Source: Thermoanaerobaculia bacterium
Lineage (GTDB): Bacteria; Acidobacteriota; Thermoanaerobaculia; Multivoradales; UBA5704
Length of the DNA stretch: 64,000 bases
Assembly: GCA_035278895.1 (NCBI GenBank)
Contig: DATEIO010000954.1
Span: forward strand, 104-64,103
Reading direction: 5' to 3'
Shown here: in pieces, positions 50,664 to 60,047 of the stretch
How positions within the stretch are numbered: position 1 is the stretch's first letter
Layout: each line of letters starts with the position of its first letter
Program-made: the position numbers and the translations under genes
The notes under the pieces: model-generated
Told to the model about the DNA's origin: nothing
Seen by the model: the letters and a program-made list of their open reading frames with translations, nothing else
The model's database searches: none

Positions 50664-50776
50664 CAATCGTCTTCGCGAGGTTGAGCATGAGCTGGCAAAC
50701 GCCCGCGAACGAAGCAGAACCTCGCGAGTTGGAATGAGTGGCTGATGACAGCCACGGAGAACCAGGAGACATCGCC

Positions 50777-53233
50777 ATGGAATTCTTCATCCAAGATCTT
50801 CGCCTCAGCGCGCGCACGCTGGCCAAGAGCCCTGTGTTCACCACGATGGCGGTGTTGACACTGGCTCTTGGGATCGGTGCGAACGCCGCGATTTTCAGTT
50901 TTTTCAAGTCGACCGCGCTCCACCCTCTGCCGTTTCCCGGGGCCGAGCGCCTGGTGAACGTTCACGGGACCGTGGTGCGCGATGGGAAAGAGGAGGTGCG
51001 CGGGGCTTCGTACCCCGACTTCCAGGACTGGGCCGCGCAGACGCGGTCCGTCGAATCGATCGCGGGCTTCAGCCGGGAGGCGTTCAACCTGGTGGGGGAG
51101 GGGAGCGCCGAGCGCGTCGAGGTCGACATGGTGACGCCCGACTACTTCCGCGTCTATGGGTTTGCCCCGCAGATCGGCCGGACCTTCCGGAAGGAGGAGA
51201 ATCAGACGCCCAACGGAGCGCCGGTGGCCGTCCTCAGCCACCGCCTCTGGCAGCAGCGCTTCGGCGCGGACCCGGGCGTTCTGGGGCAGACCCTGATCCT
51301 GAGCGGTGTGTCGCTTCAGGTGATCGGCGTCATGCCGGAGCGCTTCCGGGGCTCCTGGGGAGACACCGATCTCTGGATCCCGGTCCGCAAGGCCGCGGAT
51401 CTGATGCCGAACCGCGCGCCCAGGGTCTTCGAGAGCCGGGGCTCGCGCTGGCTGGACGTCGCCGCCCGTCTCGCTCCCGGAAAGACCGCGGATGAGCTGC
51501 AGTCGGAGATGACCGCGATCTCGAGCCGGCTGGCGCAGGAGTATGCGGACACCAACGCCGACCGTGCCGCCAAGGTCGTCCCTCTCGAGGAGGACCTGCT
51601 GGGCGAGGTCCAGGGGACGTTCCGGCTGCTGTTCGGCGCCGTGGGCCTGGTCTTGCTGATCGCATGCACCAACGTGACCAACCTGCTCATGGCGCGGACA
51701 ACGAACCGGCGCAAGGAGGTGGCCATCCGGGCGGCCATTGGCGCGCCACGCAGCCGTCTGGTGCTGCTGGTGGCGGCCGAGACTCTCCTGCTCGGGATCC
51801 TGGGCGGGATCGTGGGGCTGGGAGTCGGGAGGATCGGGGTCGCCCTGCTGCAGCGGTACAGCCCTCTCGAGCTCCCCGAATACGTGGAGGTGGGGGTCGA
51901 TCCGGTGGTGTTCGGGTTCGCCCTCGTGCTGTCGCTCCTGGCCGGGCTCCTGCTGGGCCTCCTGCCGGCCGCGCAGGTGATCAAGACGGACCTGACCGGC
52001 ACCCTCAAGGACGCCCGCGGGGCGGCGCAGGAGGGGCTCGGCGGCTTCCGCCGCCTGCGCTCGCAGAACCTGCTGGTCGCCGCCGAGGTGGCCATCGCCG
52101 TGCCGGTCCTGATCGGGGCCGGTCTGGTGCTGCAGAGCTTCCACCAGCAGCAGTCGGTCAAGCCGGGGTTCTCGAGCGAAGAGCTGCTGACCTTCCAGGT
52201 GCACCTCCCCCCCGGCGTCTATCCCGAGGAGAAATCGATCGCCATGGTCCAGCGGCTCCACGAGCGGGTGAAAGCGCTGCCGGGAGTGGACACGGTGGCC
52301 CTGGCTTCCGACCTGCCCCTGGGCGGGGGCTCGCGCGCGCGGCTGATCGGGATCGAGGATCAACTGGCGCGCGATCCCGAAAGCGAGGTCCGGGTCTACG
52401 AGCACCTGGTGAGCCCCGAGTTCTTCGCCGCCACCCGGATTCCTCTCCTGCAGGGGAGCGGCTTCACGCCGCACGCGCCGGGCCAGCCGTCCCAGGAGGT
52501 GATCGTCAGCAAGGCGCTCGCCGAAGAGGCCTGGCCCGGCCAGAGCCCCCTCGGCAAGCGGATCGTCAACGGCGAGAACAAGTGGGTCGTCGTGGGCGTG
52601 GCAGGAGACGTCCGCTACCGGTCGCTCCTGCCGGATCCGGAGGGGAACCCGGACGACCCGGACGTCTATCGTCCGATCCTGCAGACCGGCGTGGCCAGCC
52701 TGGGGGTGATCGTGAAGAGCCAGTCCGACCCGGCCGCGCTCACGAATCAGGTGCGGCAGGCGGTGCGGGAGCTCGATCCCGCGCTGCCGGTGTTCGAGAT
52801 CACGACCCTGCAGCAGGCCGTGGCGGAAGAGACGGCCCTGGGCCGGTTCAGCTCGCTGCTGTTCGGGCTGTTCGGAGCCCTGGCGCTGTTCCTGATCGGG
52901 ATCGGCATCTACGGAGTGACGAACTACTCGGTGTCGCAGAGGAGACGGGAGATTGGCATTCGGATGGCGATCGGTGCGCGTCCGGGACAGGTGTTGATGC
53001 ATGTGTTGCGGGAGGGGCTCTGGATCACTCTGCTCGGGTTGGGCCTGGGGCTCTTCGCCGCTTACGCGTCGACGCGCCTCCTGCAGAACATCCTGTTCGG
53101 AGTGAGCGCCACCGACGCCCTCACGTTCGTGGCGGGGGTTCTGATCGTTCTCGCCCTGGCCCTCCTCGCCTGCTATGCCCCGGCGCGCCGCGCCTCGCGC
53201 CTGGACCCGCTGCTCTCGCTCAAGCAGGAGTAG
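50777..53233 (+). CDS. ADOP-family duplicated FtsX/MacB-type ABC permease (no cognate ATPase adjacent)
   Basis: ATG 50777 gives MEFFIQDLRLSARTLAKSPVFTTMAVLTLALGIGANAAIF, the characteristic N-terminus of this family. The 818-aa protein has two FtsX-like 4-TM blocks, each preceded by a large periplasmic domain. GGAGAC lies upstream of the ATG. Confidence 0.85.
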   Translation: MEFFIQDLRLSARTLAKSPVFTTMAVLTLALGIGANAAIFSFFKSTALHPLPFPGAERLVNVHGTVVRDGKEEVRGASYPDFQDWAAQTRSVESIAGFSREAFNLVGEGSAERVEVDMVTPDYFRVYGFAPQIGRTFRKEENQTPNGAPVAVLSHRLWQQRFGADPGVLGQTLILSGVSLQVIGVMPERFRGSWGDTDLWIPVRKAADLMPNRAPRVFESRGSRWLDVAARLAPGKTADELQSEMTAISSRLAQEYADTNADRAAKVVPLEEDLLGEVQGTFRLLFGAVGLVLLIACTNVTNLLMARTTNRRKEVAIRAAIGAPRSRLVLLVAAETLLLGILGGIVGLGVGRIGVALLQRYSPLELPEYVEVGVDPVVFGFALVLSLLAGLLLGLLPAAQVIKTDLTGTLKDARGAAQEGLGGFRRLRSQNLLVAAEVAIAVPVLIGAGLVLQSFHQQQSVKPGFSSEELLTFQVHLPPGVYPEEKSIAMVQRLHERVKALPGVDTVALASDLPLGGGSRARLIGIEDQLARDPESEVRVYEHLVSPEFFAATRIPLLQGSGFTPHAPGQPSQEVIVSKALAEEAWPGQSPLGKRIVNGENKWVVVGVAGDVRYRSLLPDPEGNPDDPDVYRPILQTGVASLGVIVKSQSDPAALTNQVRQAVRELDPALPVFEITTLQQAVAEETALGRFSSLLFGLFGALALFLIGIGIYGVTNYSVSQRRREIGIRMAIGARPGQVLMHVLREGLWITLLGLGLGLFAAYASTRLLQNILFGVSATDALTFVAGVLIVLALALLACYAPARRASRLDPLLSLKQE

Positions 53234-53279
53234 CTGGACGCGGGAGGCCAGAGCCACAGCCAGGGTATGATCCTGGTTG

Positions 53280-54544
53280 ATGCTAAAGCGGCTCGAGCGG
53301 CTCGTCGGAAGGTGGTGGAGGCGCAGGCGAGTCGACCGCCGCGCCTTCCAGGAGCTGGGCCGCTCGCTCGCGCTGATCGTCGACCGCGAGGCCTTGAAGT
53401 CGAGCGTGGCCGCGCGCATCCGCGAGCTGTTCGATCCGGACCGGCTCATCGTCCTGGAGCCCGACCTCGGAGAAGCCGTGTTCCAGCCCGGCTTCTCCTT
53501 CGGCCTCGATCCGGCCGAGCTCGAAGGGGTCGAGCTCCCCGCCCGCGGCAAGCTCGCGCGCTGGCTCACGGTCAACGAGGTCTCCTTCGTCCGCGACCGT
53601 CAGTCGGGGGTTTTCGACTATCTCGATCCGGCAGAGAAGGACCTCTTCGACCGCTTGCGGGTCACGGTCGCGGTCCCCATGGTCTCGCTCAACCGCATGA
53701 CCGGGATCCTTCTCCTCGGATGGGACCAGTCAGGGCGCCAGTTGCTCGGGAGCGACCTGGAGCTGCTGCAGCTCCTGGCCTCCCAGGCGAGCCTCGCCTT
53801 CGAGAACGCGGCCCTCTACCGCGCGCAGCAGGAGCGCCTCGACCGCCTCCACCGCGCCGAACGCCTGGCTGCGGTCGGTCAGCTCGCGGCCGGCGTAGCC
53901 CACGAGATCCGCAACCCGCTGACCGCGATCCGTTCGACCATGCAGTACCTCCTCCAGGGCCTCGACCCTGCCGAGCCGCGCCATCAGCTCGTCGCCGAGA
54001 TCCTGAGCGAGGTCGACCGCATCAACGGCACGGTCGGCGGGCTGCTCAGCCTCAGCCGGGCCGGCGAGGTCCATCTGACGGAGACCGATCTGACCGATCT
54101 GGTGTCCACGTCGATCCATCTGGTCCAGGCCCGCGCGGGAGAGCAGGGGGTCGTTCTCGAAGCCCGCCTCGGCAGCGAGCCGCTGCGCGTCCTGGCCGAC
54201 GCCGGTCAGCTCAAGCAGGTCTTTCTCAATCTGCTCTTGAACGCTCTGCAGTCCATGCCCGGTGGTGGCCGGATCACCGTCACCGCGTCCCCCTGGCGTT
54301 CGCCGCTCGGGGGCGGGCAGCGCTGGGCCCAGGTCCGGATCGCCGATACGGGGCCCGGAATTCCCTCCGACCAGCTCCGCCATATCTTCGACCCCTTCTA
54401 TACGACCAAACGGGAAGGCACTGGTCTGGGGCTCGCCATCTGCTACGGTATTGTCGAGAGGCACCAGGGGGAGATCCAGCTGGAGAGCGAGCTGGGAAAA
54501 GGGACCACGGCCTCTGTCCGACTGCCGCTCGCGGAGAAAAAAGC

Positions 54545-54560
<16 letters not shown>
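53280..54560 (+). CDS. Soluble sensor histidine kinase (GAF-like N-terminal domain, HisKA, HATPase_c)
   Basis: H-box AHEIRNPLTAIRST. N/G boxes LNLLLNALQSMP, IADTGPGIP, GTGLGLAICYGIV. No hydrophobic TM segments. The track start is TTG 53277; ATG 53280 is the next codon. Confidence 0.85.
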
Positions 54561-55951
<1,391 letters not shown>

Positions 55952-55963
55952 CCTCCCGGTCTT

Positions 55964-56686
55964 TCAGCGCGCGGTCAGCCCGCCGCGCATGTAGTCGAGA
56001 TAGAGGCGCTCCAGGTCCTCATAGCGCAGCTCCTCCCGGCTGCGGACGAGGACCTGCCGCCCCTCCTGGAGGATCCCCATGCGGTCGGCGATCCGGCGTA
56101 CCCAGACCAGGTCCTGCAGGGTGACGAGCAGCGCCTTGCCGCGGTCGCGCAGGGTCTCGATCAGCTCGACGAGCTCGGCGGCGGCCTTGGGATCGAGCCC
56201 GGAGAGCGGCTCGTCGAGCACCAGGGCGGAGGCGTCCTTGACCAGAGCCACGGCCATGCCGACCTTGCGGACGGCGCCGGGACCGAGATCCACCAGGCAC
56301 TGATCGAATGCCGCCTCGGGGAGCCCGACCTCGCGCAGAGCCATCTCGCAGCGGTCCCGCAGCATCGGACGGCCGCACCCTAAGCTGGCGAAATATTCGA
56401 GGTTCTGGCGCGCGGTCAGGCGATCGTAGAAACCCGTACCACTGCTAAAGAACGCGACCCGCCGCTTTGCGGCGAGAGGCTCCCGGTCCACGTCGATCCC
56501 ATCGATCAGGCAGTGGCCGGCGGTCGGCCGGGTCAGGCCGAGGAACAGGTCGATCACCGTGGTCTTGCCGGCTCCCTGGGCTCCGACGAGACAGTAGATC
56601 TCCCCGGCCTGCACTTTCAGATTCAGAGCATCCAGGGCGAGCCGGCCGCTCGGATAGCGCTTGCTGAGATCGATGGCTTCGATCAT
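55964..56686 (-). CDS. ABC transporter ATP-binding protein (ABC-2 type) with degenerate Q-loop, signature and H-loop
   Basis: Walker A GAQGAGKTT and Walker B LVLDEPLSGLD are intact. The signature reads LGPGAVRKV instead of LSGGxxQR, the Q-loop region reads FFSSGTGFY (no Gln), and the H-loop position reads TLQDL (Gln for His). Confidence 0.8.
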   Translation of the reverse strand: MIEAIDLSKRYPSGRLALDALNLKVQAGEIYCLVGAQGAGKTTVIDLFLGLTRPTAGHCLIDGIDVDREPLAAKRRVAFFSSGTGFYDRLTARQNLEYFASLGCGRPMLRDRCEMALREVGLPEAAFDQCLVDLGPGAVRKVGMAVALVKDASALVLDEPLSGLDPKAAAELVELIETLRDRGKALLVTLQDLVWVRRIADRMGILQEGRQVLVRSREELRYEDLERLYLDYMRGGLTAR

Positions 56687-56690
56687 CGGG

Positions 56691-58151
56691 TCACCCGGGC
56701 TCGGAGCGGTAGAAGACGAACAGGGTCGCTCCCAAAAGACCCAGGGTCTCGAGCGCGAACATCAGCAGGGCCGGACCGGCGGCCGTGAAGCCTTCGCGCA
56801 TGGAGCTCTCACGGAAGGTGAAGCGAGGGAGGTCGTCCGGCTGGACCGGCCGGCCGGACATGTAGCCGCGGAAGAAGAGCAGATGCGGGCTCGCCGGGTC
56901 CGCGGCATCGAGCGCCCGGACCCGTTCCGCGAGTTGGGAGTGGAAAGCCGCGGCTTGGTCGAGGAAGGAGTGCTCGCGCCACCGTCCGGCGCCGGCCAGG
57001 CGTTCCGCGATCTGCTGGACCAGAGAGAACGGGGAGGCGGCCGCGAAATCGTCCGCCAGGTGCGCCTGCTCCAGCTTTCGGTCCAGCTCCTCCTGCCGGA
57101 TCCGGTCACGCAACGCGGCGCGCCGATTCTCGGCCCGGGCCGAGATCTTCTCCCAGGCATAGTCGTCCGCCACGGCCCACTGAGGGCGCCGCCAGCGTCC
57201 CTGCAGGCCACCGAGCTCGCGATCGATCCGGGCGCTGGCTTCGGCCATGCGCTGCGCGATCTCCTCTTCCTCTGGAACCGGCCGCAGGACATGGGCGAGC
57301 AGGAGAGCGAGCGCCGGGATCACCACCACGCCCGTGATCCAGAGCAGGGCCAGAGCGCCCAGACTGGTGGACGGATCGCGCGTGAGCGACGACACCAGCA
57401 GCGCCGCCAGGATGAAAAACGCCGCGGCCCAGAGACCCAGGAGCACCACGAGCCCGGCCTTGACGAGATCCGTGGAGGTCAACCGGAGCCCCCCCAGGCC
57501 GGTGGCCAACGCCAGGCTCAGAGCGGCGCCAGCCATCAGGGGAACTGCCAGACAGGCCCAGGCGGCGAGGAATTTGCCCGCCAGCACCTTCCAGCGCGGG
57601 ATGGGGCAGGAGAGGAGGAGGCGCAGCCTCTCGCTCCGGCGCTCCTCGCAGATCGCGTCGTGACAGAGCAGGAAGGCGCCGATCGAAAGGACGATTCGGA
57701 TGGCGAACATCCAGTCGATTGGCACGGTACGGGGCAGAAGCCTGGAGTCGCCGCGGGTGCTCCGGATCTCGGGTGTAATCAGCGCGCTCAAGGCCTGCAG
57801 AGAGGCGTCGGGGGTCACGGACTGCCCGCCGTCGACTACCAGGGCGAGACGCCAGGGCGCCTTGAGCGCGGGATGGAGGATCTCGACGGCGCTGTCCAGA
57901 GAGATGCCGGAGATCTGACGCTCGTAGGCTTCGAGAACGGCGGCGCGCTCAGCGGATTCGAAGCGGTGGCGGGCCGCGGCGGTCACGGCCGCCAGACCCA
58001 TGAGGATGATCAGCAGCAGCGCGGGAGCCCAGAACCGGAGGCTGCCCGCCGCCCTCCGGACGTCATGGCGGAGGATGGTCCCCACCACGGTCACCCGCCT
58101 CGTCTCCAGGGGCCGGGGAACCAGAAGAGAGCCGTCCTCCCGGCCGATCAT
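56691..58151 (-). CDS. ABC-2 family transporter permease with large C-terminal soluble extension
   Basis: The start ATG (58151-58149 on the minus strand) overlaps the upstream stop (ATGA). MIGREDG...RFWAPALLLIILMGLAAV is followed by six or so hydrophobic helices, then a ~200-aa soluble tail. The track's 132-aa N-terminal extension overlaps the upstream gene and is Arg/Pro-rich junk. Confidence 0.75.
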   Translation of the reverse strand: MIGREDGSLLVPRPLETRRVTVVGTILRHDVRRAAGSLRFWAPALLLIILMGLAAVTAAARHRFESAERAAVLEAYERQISGISLDSAVEILHPALKAPWRLALVVDGGQSVTPDASLQALSALITPEIRSTRGDSRLLPRTVPIDWMFAIRIVLSIGAFLLCHDAICEERRSERLRLLLSCPIPRWKVLAGKFLAAWACLAVPLMAGAALSLALATGLGGLRLTSTDLVKAGLVVLLGLWAAAFFILAALLVSSLTRDPSTSLGALALLWITGVVVIPALALLLAHVLRPVPEEEEIAQRMAEASARIDRELGGLQGRWRRPQWAVADDYAWEKISARAENRRAALRDRIRQEELDRKLEQAHLADDFAAASPFSLVQQIAERLAGAGRWREHSFLDQAAAFHSQLAERVRALDAADPASPHLLFFRGYMSGRPVQPDDLPRFTFRESSMREGFTAAGPALLMFALETLGLLGATLFVFYRSEPG

Positions 58152-59749
58152 GCGAGGAGCTCCCTGCGGAAGAGGGAGAGGGAGAGGGCCCCGGCGGCAG
58201 CATTGAGGGCGAGCAGGACGAACGCTTCGAAAGCGCCATCCTGGAGACTCGCGAGCAGGCGGGGGCTCGGGGCGTGGAAACGCGGCAGATCGTCCAGCCG
58301 CAGTCGCTGCGACGGATCGTGCTCCCGGGCTTCGAGATCCCGCCGGACCTGTGCGGCCACCTGCGGGTCGCTGAAGCGGCTGAACAGGCTTTGAGCATTG
58401 GTCTCGCTCACGTCCTCGGGAGCGAGACCCAGGAAGCGCGGCCAGGGAGTGAGGCTCTCCGGACGGTCGTCCGTGAACCAGCGCCAGGACGCGAAGGCGT
58501 TCTTGCGCTCGAGATAGCGGATAAGCTCGAGCCGATAGCTCCGGCAAGCCGCAAGGAACTGCTCGTGCTCCGCGAGCGACGTCCCGGCCAGGGACTCCGA
58601 CAGGCCATCGAGCAGAGCGGCCGGGGAGAGCGCGGCGACCCCGGCCGCAAACCGCTCGCTGCGACGCTGTCGCGCCTGGATCTGCTGCTGCACGGCGAAA
58701 ACCTCGCCGGCATAGCGCATCCCTTCCCGTACCTCGAAACGGAAGTAATCGCTCAAGGCGTCGTAGTAGGCCGCGGAGCCGTGGCGGTACCGCACGGCCC
58801 CATGAGCCCGCCCGGAAAAGTTGACTGCCGTGTGTCCGCTGAACGTCGCGAGGAGCGGCTCGCTCCGAAGCTCCGCGGCGAGCCGCTCCTCATGCCGGGC
58901 GGCCATCCGCTCCTGCTGTGCCCGGGCGGCCCGCTGGCCCTCCCGGATGCCGGCCAGGTCCTCTGCCGTGGCCCAGACCGCGCCGGGCAGGAGCAGGATG
59001 AAAGTCAGCCAGACGATGACCGAGGCCGTCAGGGCTGTCGACGGGCTGCGCCTCCCCAGCGAAACGACGAGCCCCACCAGGAACATCAGGCAGAGATAGG
59101 CGACGTAGACCACGGTGAGGGCGGCGATGCGCAGCCAGTGGCCGGCCGTCAGCTCTGCCGTGGTCGCGAATCTCAGGATCGCGAGGCTCACCAGGAGGGC
59201 CCCGCCGAGCGGCAACGCCAGGGTCAGAATGCCGCCGAGGATCTTGCCGATCAACAGGGGCGACCGCCGGACTCCTTGGGCGAGGACTGCGCGGAGCATG
59301 CCGTTCTCCCGCTCACAGGTGACGGAATCGCCGGCGAGGAGCAGGGCCAGCAGCCCCAGGACGACCGTCACGATCGTGGTGAGGTCCAGAGCAGGCACGC
59401 CCACCAGAAGCTCATTGCCGCGATGGCCGCCGACGGCGACCGCGGGGACCGTGTAGACGTGGATCACGACCTCGGTGCCAAGGTGGGCATCAAACCCCTG
59501 GTCGAGAATGCTCAGCGGCTCGGGCGGACGTACCACCACGGGCTGCAGGTAGGAATAGACCGAAGCCCGCGACAGAGCCCGCGCGTGCTCGGCGACCTGC
59601 TCCCGCCAAGTGCGCAGGCGCAGGTCGTAGTCGCGTGCCGCGATCAGAGCGGACGACGCGGCGAGGAGGATCGCGAGGAACGCCCCGACCCGGAAGCGGA
59701 AGCCTGCCAGATGGTACTGGCACTCCTTGCGGATGATGGCGCGTAGCAT
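58148..59749 (-). CDS. ABC-2 family transporter permease with large C-terminal soluble extension
   Basis: MLRAIIRKECQYHLAGFRFRVGAFLAILLAA... It has multiple TM helices, including the ABC-2-like stretch SVTCERENGMLRAVLAQGVRR, and is a paralogue of the downstream permease. First gene of the minus-strand three-gene operon. Confidence 0.8.
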   Translation of the reverse strand: MLRAIIRKECQYHLAGFRFRVGAFLAILLAASSALIAARDYDLRLRTWREQVAEHARALSRASVYSYLQPVVVRPPEPLSILDQGFDAHLGTEVVIHVYTVPAVAVGGHRGNELLVGVPALDLTTIVTVVLGLLALLLAGDSVTCERENGMLRAVLAQGVRRSPLLIGKILGGILTLALPLGGALLVSLAILRFATTAELTAGHWLRIAALTVVYVAYLCLMFLVGLVVSLGRRSPSTALTASVIVWLTFILLLPGAVWATAEDLAGIREGQRAARAQQERMAARHEERLAAELRSEPLLATFSGHTAVNFSGRAHGAVRYRHGSAAYYDALSDYFRFEVREGMRYAGEVFAVQQQIQARQRRSERFAAGVAALSPAALLDGLSESLAGTSLAEHEQFLAACRSYRLELIRYLERKNAFASWRWFTDDRPESLTPWPRFLGLAPEDVSETNAQSLFSRFSDPQVAAQVRRDLEAREHDPSQRLRLDDLPRFHAPSPRLLASLQDGAFEAFVLLALNAAAGALSLSLFRRELLA

Positions 59750-59805
59750 GAGTACCTTTGGAACCGGTCAAGCTCGGCTTCTGAAGTCTATCAGCAAGTG
59801 CAGAA

Positions 59806-59821
59806 TGCAGCCTGCGTGCCA
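59806..59821 (-). promoter_or_regulatory. Sigma54 (-24/-12) promoter element, minus strand: TGGCACG-N4-CTGCA
   Basis: The reverse complement of 59806-59821 is TGGCACgcaggCTGCA, with exact GG-N10-GC spacing. It lies ~57 nt upstream of the ABC-2 operon start (59749) in the correct orientation. Confidence 0.5.
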
Positions 59822-59868
59822 TGGCGGAGCCCTGGAGCCGCGGACGTTCGCCAGCCCGAGGGGGAAAC

Positions 59869-59899
59869 AGTTTACCCTGCTTTGAGTAAGAGTTTACCC
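59869..59899. promoter_or_regulatory. Direct repeat AGTTTACCC x2 (22-bp spacing) between divergent sigma54-type promoters; candidate activator site
   Basis: AGTTTACCC occurs at 59869-59877 and 59891-59899, 48-78 bp from the minus-strand -24 element and 54-84 bp from the plus-strand one. The core TTACCCAT recurs at 61638-61645, upstream of the third element. Confidence 0.3.
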
Positions 59900-59952
59900 A
59901 TTTTCCGAGGCTCTGCTCCTCGCCTCTTCCGGAAGGTTTCCTTTTCAGGACG

Positions 59953-59968
59953 TGGTCCGCCTCTTGCA
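59953..59968 (+). promoter_or_regulatory. Sigma54-like -24/-12 element TGGTCCG-N4-TTGCA
   Basis: The sequence TGGTCCgcctcTTGCA has exact GG-N10-GC spacing and lies 80 nt upstream of the radical SAM ATG (60048). The -24 box deviates from the CAC consensus. Confidence 0.4.
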
Positions 59969-60047
59969 AACTATCTGGTCGCCCAAGGCAAAACGAGATA
60001 GTTGGCTCGTCGAAACACAATCCGACTTCACTCCAGAGAGGTGCTCC

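Noticed and set aside
48171-53575. Large alternative ORFs 48171-50684(+) 837 aa and 50663-53575(-) 970 aa. The same pattern recurs at 59490-61499(-) 669 aa, antisense to the rSAM gene.
   Set aside because: They overlap well-supported genes (TE/exporter, ADOP permease, rSAM) and show a low-complexity, Arg-rich composition with no motifs.
53267-54544. Track ORF 53267-55951 read as one 894-aa protein, a possible kinase-regulator fusion.
   Set aside because: The first 426 codons are an out-of-frame shadow of the histidine kinase gene (Arg/Pro-rich, no motifs). The response regulator clearly starts at MANILIVDD (ATG 54545).
58152-58547. 132-codon N-terminal extension of the second ABC-2 permease (track 56691-58547).
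   Set aside because: It overlaps the upstream permease gene and is Arg/Pro/Gly-rich. An ATGA-coupled start at 58151 fits the operon structure.
59718-59730. TGGCACtcctTGC on the plus strand, resembling a sigma54 -24/-12 element.
   Set aside because: The GG-to-GC spacing is two nt too short (G20 to G29 instead of 11 nt). It lies inside the permease coding region and points away from any gene start.
59798-60001. 67-aa ORF upstream of the rSAM gene, considered as an alternative precursor peptide.
   Set aside because: There is no Shine-Dalgarno. The sequence spans the divergent promoter region, shows no leader/core-like organisation, and contains the putative -24/-12 element within it.
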